From the NCBI GenBank assembly GCA_023150805.1, contig JAKLKF010000008.1, positions 17,469-81,468 on the forward strand: a DNA stretch of 64,000 bases, in the 5' to 3' direction. This document shows positions 59,656 to 64,000 of the stretch, piece by piece; the first letter of the stretch is position 1, and every line of letters begins with the position of its first letter. Position numbers and translations under genes: made by a program. The stretch comes from Myxococcota bacterium (GTDB lineage: Bacteria > Myxococcota_A > UBA796 > UBA2385). The notes under the pieces were generated by a model. That model worked only from the letters and a program-made list of their open reading frames with translations, was not told where the DNA came from and did not search any database.

Positions 59656-60078
59656 ATGGCCCCCGCGGATCGCTCCGACCACTCCTCCGCTCCCTCGGCC
59701 GAGGTCCGCCTGGACAAGTGGCTGTGGGCCGCGCGCTGCTTCAAGACCCGGGGGGCGGCGACCGAGGCCTGCGACGGGGGCCACTGCACGGTGGACGGCC
59801 GCCCGGGCAAGCCGGGCCAGCGGGTCCGCGTCGGCCAGCGGATCGAGGTGCAGACCCCCGGGGGCCAGCGGGTGCTGGTCGTGGTGGCGCTGGCCGACAA
59901 GCGGGGGTCGGCGACCGAGGCGCGCGCCCTCTTCGAGGACCACAGCCCGCCGCCGCCGGTGGTCGACCCGGTGGAGCGCCTGATGCGCAGCCAGCCGGTG
60001 TTCGCCCGCACGCGCGGCGCTGGGCGCCCCACCAAGCGCGACCGGCGCCTGCTCGACCGGGAGCGGGGCACGCCATGA
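59656..60078 (+). CDS. hslR: Heat shock protein 15-like S4-domain RNA-binding protein
   Basis: VRLDKWLWAARCFKTRGAATEACDGGHCTVDGRPGKPGQRV is collinear with E. coli HslR (VRLDKWLWAARFYKTR...). The basic C-terminus RPTKRDRRLLDR also matches. Confidence 0.85.
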   Translation: MAPADRSDHSSAPSAEVRLDKWLWAARCFKTRGAATEACDGGHCTVDGRPGKPGQRVRVGQRIEVQTPGGQRVLVVVALADKRGSATEARALFEDHSPPPPVVDPVERLMRSQPVFARTRGAGRPTKRDRRLLDRERGTP

Positions 60079-60611
60079 CCCTGCTGCTGCTGGCCCTGGG
60101 TGGGGCGCCCGCGATGGCCGACGACCCGCTGTTCGCGGATCGCGACCCGCCCGAGCAGTCCTCGGTCCGCGTCGCGGGCTCCTTCGGGCTCGGACTGGGC
60201 GGCGGCACCAGCACCGCGGGGCTGTCGGCCAAGTATTTCCTGCGAGAGACCCTGGCCGTCCAGGGCGTGGTGGGGGCCGGCTACGGCGCCCGCGACGACG
60301 CCGACGGCTGGTCGACCGGCCTGGGCCTGGGCGCCGACCTGCTCTTCGAGGGCCTGTCCTTCGCCGAGCTTGACGACGTCGAGCTGGGGTGGAACGTCGG
60401 GCCCGGGCTGGGCCTGTGGGCCTACGACGACCGCGTGGCCCTGGCCGCGGCCGGCGTGGTCGGCCTCGAGGCTTGCGTGCTGACCTTCCCCCTGGACGTC
60501 GTGGTGGAGTACCGGCCGCGCATGCTGCTGGCACCCGACGTCGGCTTCGACTGGTTCAGCCTCTCCGGCCACATCCGCTACTACTTCGGCCCGCGCCGGC
60601 GGGGCCCCTGA
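60075..60611 (+). CDS. Small secreted beta-barrel-like protein, tandem paralog 1 (178 aa)
   Basis: The ATG overlaps the hslR stop (ATGA). Signal MTLLLLALGGAPAMA. GLGLGGGTSTAGLSAKYFLRETLAVQGVVGAGYG...VVEYRPRMLLAPDVGFDWFSLSGHIRYYF. Confidence 0.7.
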   Translation: MTLLLLALGGAPAMADDPLFADRDPPEQSSVRVAGSFGLGLGGGTSTAGLSAKYFLRETLAVQGVVGAGYGARDDADGWSTGLGLGADLLFEGLSFAELDDVELGWNVGPGLGLWAYDDRVALAAAGVVGLEACVLTFPLDVVVEYRPRMLLAPDVGFDWFSLSGHIRYYFGPRRRGP

Positions 60612-60651
60612 CCGGCCCTCGCCGCCCGTGCCACTGACCCCAGGAGGCCCC

Positions 60652-61167
60652 ATGTCGCGCACCCGTGCCCTCATCCTCCCCCTGGCGCTCCTCGCCCTCT
60701 CGGGCCCCGCGCTGGCCGATCCCGAGCCGGTCCGTCGGCAGGGGAACTTCGCGCTCGGCCTGGGCGGGGGCACCAGCACGGCCGGCCTGTCGGCCAAGTA
60801 CTTCCTCCGCGACTCGCTGGCCCTGCAGGGCGTCCTGGGCGCCGGCTACGGCACGGGGCGCTGGGCGGACGGCCCCGGGGGCGGCTGGGACAGCGGCCTG
60901 GGGGTGGGCGCCGACCTGCTCTTCGAGATGCCCGCCTTCCACGAGGCGCCCGAGGTCGAGCTGGCCTGGTCGGTCGGTCCGGGCGTGGGCCTGTGGCTGA
61001 CCGACGACTGGGCGGCGGTGGCGGCCAGCGGGGTCGCCGGCTTCGAGGTCAACGTCAGCGCCGTCCCCATCGACCTGGTCATCGAGTACCGGCCGCGCCT
61101 GCTGCTGGTGCCGGACGTGGCCTTCGACTTCGTCAACTTCTCGGGCCACATCCGCTACGTGTTCTGA
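60652..61167 (+). CDS. Small secreted beta-barrel-like protein, tandem paralog 2 (171 aa)
   Basis: Internal ATG of track ORF 60628..61167, with CAGGAGG upstream. ALGLGGGTSTAGLSAKYFLRDSLALQGVLGAGYG...VIEYRPRLLLVPDVAFDFVNFSGHIRYVF (terminal Phe). Confidence 0.75.
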   Translation: MSRTRALILPLALLALSGPALADPEPVRRQGNFALGLGGGTSTAGLSAKYFLRDSLALQGVLGAGYGTGRWADGPGGGWDSGLGVGADLLFEMPAFHEAPEVELAWSVGPGVGLWLTDDWAAVAASGVAGFEVNVSAVPIDLVIEYRPRLLLVPDVAFDFVNFSGHIRYVF

Positions 61168-61248
61168 CCGGGCCCCGGGCCGTCGCCCGTGCCGCGGCCC
61201 GCACCCCCCCGCGTGTGCGACAATGACACCTCTCCATCGAGGTGCAGC

Positions 61249-64000
61249 ATGTCCGTCCCCCGCGTCGCCCTCCTGCTCTCGCTCGTCCTCCTCCCGGTCA
61301 CGCTGGCCTGTGGGGACAAGGACGACGGCGACGACACGGGCGCGGGGGACGGGGGTGCCACCGGGGACGGGGGCGGCACGGCGGACGGTGGTGGCACCGG
61401 CGACGGGGGGACCTCCCGCACGGACGCCGACGAGGACGGCTACGCGGCCGAGGCCGGGGACTGCGACGACGGCAACCCCGACATCCACCCTGGCGCGTCG
61501 GAGGCCTGCAACGGCGAGGACGACGACTGCGACGGCAAGACGGACGAGGGCTTCGACGACACCGACGGCGACGGCACCGCCGACTGCCTGGACGTCGAGG
61601 AGTGCGACGGGCTGGACAACGACGGCGACGGCTGGACCGACGAGGACTTCGGCGACGTCGACGGCGACGGGCGGGCCGACTGCGTCGACGCCGAGGAGTG
61701 CGACGGCGTCGACAACGACGGCGACGGCCGGGTGGACGAGGGCTTCGACGTGGACGGCGACGGCGTGACGCCCTGCGACGAGGAGCCGGACTGCGACGAC
61801 GAGGACGCCGCCCGCAGCCCCCTGCTGACCGAGGTGTCGGCCGACGGCATCGACAACGACTGCGACCTGCTCATCGACGAAGGCGCGTGGGGCTACGGCG
61901 ACCTCGTGATCTCCGAGGTCCTGGTCAACCCCTACGTCACGGGCGACGCCGAAGGCGAGTGGTTCGAGGTGGTCAACCTCTCCGGCCGCGCCGTCTACCT
62001 CAACGGCCTGACCATCTCCTCGGACTCCGGCGAGGAGCACGTGGTCGACGCCGACGAGGCGCTGCCGCTCGGCCCCGGCGAGCTGTTCGTGCTGGCCGTC
62101 GACGGCGACCCGGACGTCAACGGCCAGGTCGTGGCCGGCTACGACTACGACGAGATCTACCTGCTGAACACCACCGACAGCCTGGCGGTCTCGGCGGGCG
62201 ACGTGCTGCTGGACGACGTGTCCTGGGGCGGCTCGGGGCCCACCGTGCCCAGCGGCGCCGCCCTGCTGGTCGACGACGTGTACCTCACGGCCGACGGCAA
62301 CGACGACCCGGACGGGTGGTGCCCCTCGCGGGCCCAGTGGGCGCCGGGAAGCGACCTGGGCACGCCCGGCGACCTCAACGACCTGTGCTCCGTCATCGAT
62401 CACGACGGCGACGGCTGGTTCATCGACGACGGCGACTGCGACGACCGCGACCCCGACGCCTGGCCCGGCGCGCCGGACGCCTGGTACGACGGCATCGACA
62501 GCGACTGCGCGGGGAACTCCGACTACGACCGCGACGGGGACGGCTACGACAGCGACGACCACGGCGGCGACGACTGCAACGACGTCGACGGCTCGGTCAA
62601 CCCCGGCCAGGACGAGGTCTGCGACGACCGGGACACCGACGAGGACTGCGACGGCCTGGCCGAGGGAGACGACCCGGGGGTGGTCGACGCCGAGACCATG
62701 TACGCCGACGCCGACGCCGACGGCTACGGCTCGATGGAGCCCAGCCTGGTCTGCGAGAACTTCGAGGACTACGGCTACGACAGCAGCGACTGCGACGACG
62801 AGGACGACCGCGTCTACCCGGGGGCCCTGGACACCTGGTACGACGGGGTCGACAGCGACTGCGCCGGCGACAGCGACTACGACGCCGACGGCGACGGGCA
62901 CGACAGCGACGCCTTCGGCGGCGGGGACTGCGACGACGGCGACGCGGCGATCAACCCCGACGCCGACGAGGTCTGCGACCCGGGCGACGTGGACGAGGAC
63001 TGCAACGGCGTCGCCGACGACGACGACCTCGGCACCGTCGACGCGACGACCTACTACCCCGACGAGGACGAGGACGGCTGGGGCAGCGACGCCGACGCCT
63101 TCGTGTCCTGCGAGCCGCTGTCCGGCTGGAGCGAGGAGGGCGGCGACTGCGACGACGCCGACCCGGCCATCAGCCCCGACGCGACCGAGACCTGGTACGA
63201 CGGCGTGGACGAGGACTGCGACGGGTGGGACGACTACGACGCCGACCGGGACGGCTTCGCCTCGGACGCTCATGGCGGCCCGGACTGCGACGACGAGGAG
63301 CGCCTCGTCCACCCCTACGCCTACGAGGACGACTACGACCGGATCGACAACGACTGCGACGGCGCGACGGACGGTGACGACGCCGGCACCTACGAGGCGA
63401 TCACCCTGTCGGACGACTCGGCCAGCAGCATCAGCCTGTCGACCATCTACTTCCCCTTCTGCGGGGACGAGTACACCGAGCTCTACGTCATCAGCAACGG
63501 CCGGCTGACCTTTGGCACCAGCAGCACCTCGTACAGCGTCTCGACCTCGGGCATGTACGCGGCGGGCTTCCCCTCCATCGCGGGCTGGTGGGACGACCTC
63601 AACCCCAGCTCGGGTGGATCGGTCTACTGGACCGAGCACGACGACGCGGTCAGCGTCTACTTCATCGACGTGCTGGAGTACGGCTCCACCACCTCCTACC
63701 AGACCTTCAGCTACCACCTGTTCGGCGACGGCACCTTCGTGCTGGAGTACGACGACATGGGCTCGACCACCGGCCTCGCCGGCTGGGCCTGTGGGGACAG
63801 CTCCACCGACCCCGGGGAGACCGACCTGACCGCCGCCATCGCCGACCTGGCCGAGGGGCAGGCGGGCATCGGCACCGGCACCGAGGTCGGCGTCTACGAG
63901 TACTTCGCCTCCGCCGACTCGGACGTGGCGGGCCACACGCTGTGGTTCTGCGGCCGCGGCGGCGAGGACGCCGACGGCGACGGCTGGACCGAGGCCTGCG
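61249..64000 (+). CDS. Large Cys-rich repeat lipoprotein with lamin-tail (LTD) domain, partial; continues beyond the window end
   Basis: ATG 61249 with GAGGTG upstream. MSVPRVALLLSLVLLPVTLAC lipobox. GDGG[AG]T repeats, many CDxxDxDCDGxxDE / DADGDGY motifs, and LTD-like LVISEVLVNPYVTGDAEGEWFEVVNLSGRAVYLNGLTI (about 61905-62020). The frame stays open to nt 64000, so it is absent from the ORF track. Confidence 0.8.
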   Translation, partial: MSVPRVALLLSLVLLPVTLACGDKDDGDDTGAGDGGATGDGGGTADGGGTGDGGTSRTDADEDGYAAEAGDCDDGNPDIHPGASEACNGEDDDCDGKTDEGFDDTDGDGTADCLDVEECDGLDNDGDGWTDEDFGDVDGDGRADCVDAEECDGVDNDGDGRVDEGFDVDGDGVTPCDEEPDCDDEDAARSPLLTEVSADGIDNDCDLLIDEGAWGYGDLVISEVLVNPYVTGDAEGEWFEVVNLSGRAVYLNGLTISSDSGEEHVVDADEALPLGPGELFVLAVDGDPDVNGQVVAGYDYDEIYLLNTTDSLAVSAGDVLLDDVSWGGSGPTVPSGAALLVDDVYLTADGNDDPDGWCPSRAQWAPGSDLGTPGDLNDLCSVIDHDGDGWFIDDGDCDDRDPDAWPGAPDAWYDGIDSDCAGNSDYDRDGDGYDSDDHGGDDCNDVDGSVNPGQDEVCDDRDTDEDCDGLAEGDDPGVVDAETMYADADADGYGSMEPSLVCENFEDYGYDSSDCDDEDDRVYPGALDTWYDGVDSDCAGDSDYDADGDGHDSDAFGGGDCDDGDAAINPDADEVCDPGDVDEDCNGVADDDDLGTVDATTYYPDEDEDGWGSDADAFVSCEPLSGWSEEGGDCDDADPAISPDATETWYDGVDEDCDGWDDYDADRDGFASDAHGGPDCDDEERLVHPYAYEDDYDRIDNDCDGATDGDDAGTYEAITLSDDSASSISLSTIYFPFCGDEYTELYVISNGRLTFGTSSTSYSVSTSGMYAAGFPSIAGWWDDLNPSSGGSVYWTEHDDAVSVYFIDVLEYGSTTSYQTFSYHLFGDGTFVLEYDDMGSTTGLAGWACGDSSTDPGETDLTAAIADLAEGQAGIGTGTEVGVYEYFASADSDVAGHTLWFCGRGGEDADGDGWTEAC

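Overview
This is a 64-kb, very GC-rich, gene-dense bacterial chromosomal segment. I support about 50 protein-coding genes. I found no rRNA, tRNA, CRISPR array, transposase or integrase. The gene content points to Myxococcota (inference): many lipoproteins, a MYXO-CTERM-like sorting tail, a Hanks kinase, an ECF sigma/anti-sigma pair, caspase and CHAT proteases, and FG-GAP and Cys-rich CDGxDNDGDGxxDE repeat proteins.

Layout:
- 1-5.7 kb: TetR-linked RND efflux operon (the pump is cut by the window edge).
- 5.8-7.1 kb: hypothetical gene.
- 7.2-9.4 kb: DUF72/SDR/VOC operon.
- 9.5-12.7 kb: two translationally coupled histidine-ammonia-lyase-like genes. The second lacks the MIO serine.
- 12.7-16.2 kb: two-gene island that looks lower in GC by eye (ORC/Cdc6-like AAA+ ATPase plus a large TPR-like protein).
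- 16.2-20.1 kb: secreted beta-helix protein and M23 peptidase.
- 20.1-33.7 kb: eight-gene same-strand cluster. It holds a CHAT-ClpN-FHA protease (interrupted at a G7 run), an unknown 542-aa protein, two tandem RskA/DUF4384-like proteins, a Hanks kinase with a long helical tail, an unknown 269-aa protein, a cytoplasmic S8 subtilase and a polytopic membrane protein.
- 33.7-34.6 kb: tesB.
- 34.6-38.3 kb: ECF sigma / DUF4384 anti-sigma / caspase-beta-barrel / lipoprotein operon.
- 38.4-48.8 kb: a small putative beta-barrel protein, a LysR regulator, a second copy of the unknown-protein plus RskA/DUF4384-like module, then DUF695-RraB, RluA, SUKH-ankyrin, lipoprotein and FG-GAP genes and a TPR-like hypothetical gene flanked by palindromes.
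- 48.8-54.3 kb: a small membrane protein gene, then uvrB coupled to WD40, SDR and a paralogous-domain gene.
- 54.4-64 kb: large repeat lipoproteins, a double DsbA-like isomerase, hslR and tandem beta-barrel-like paralogs.

Because of the GC content, most long ORFs in the six-frame track are antisense shadow ORFs. I made calls from protein-like composition, catalytic motifs, start-site context and translational coupling. No database search was possible, so all family names are motif-level recognitions.
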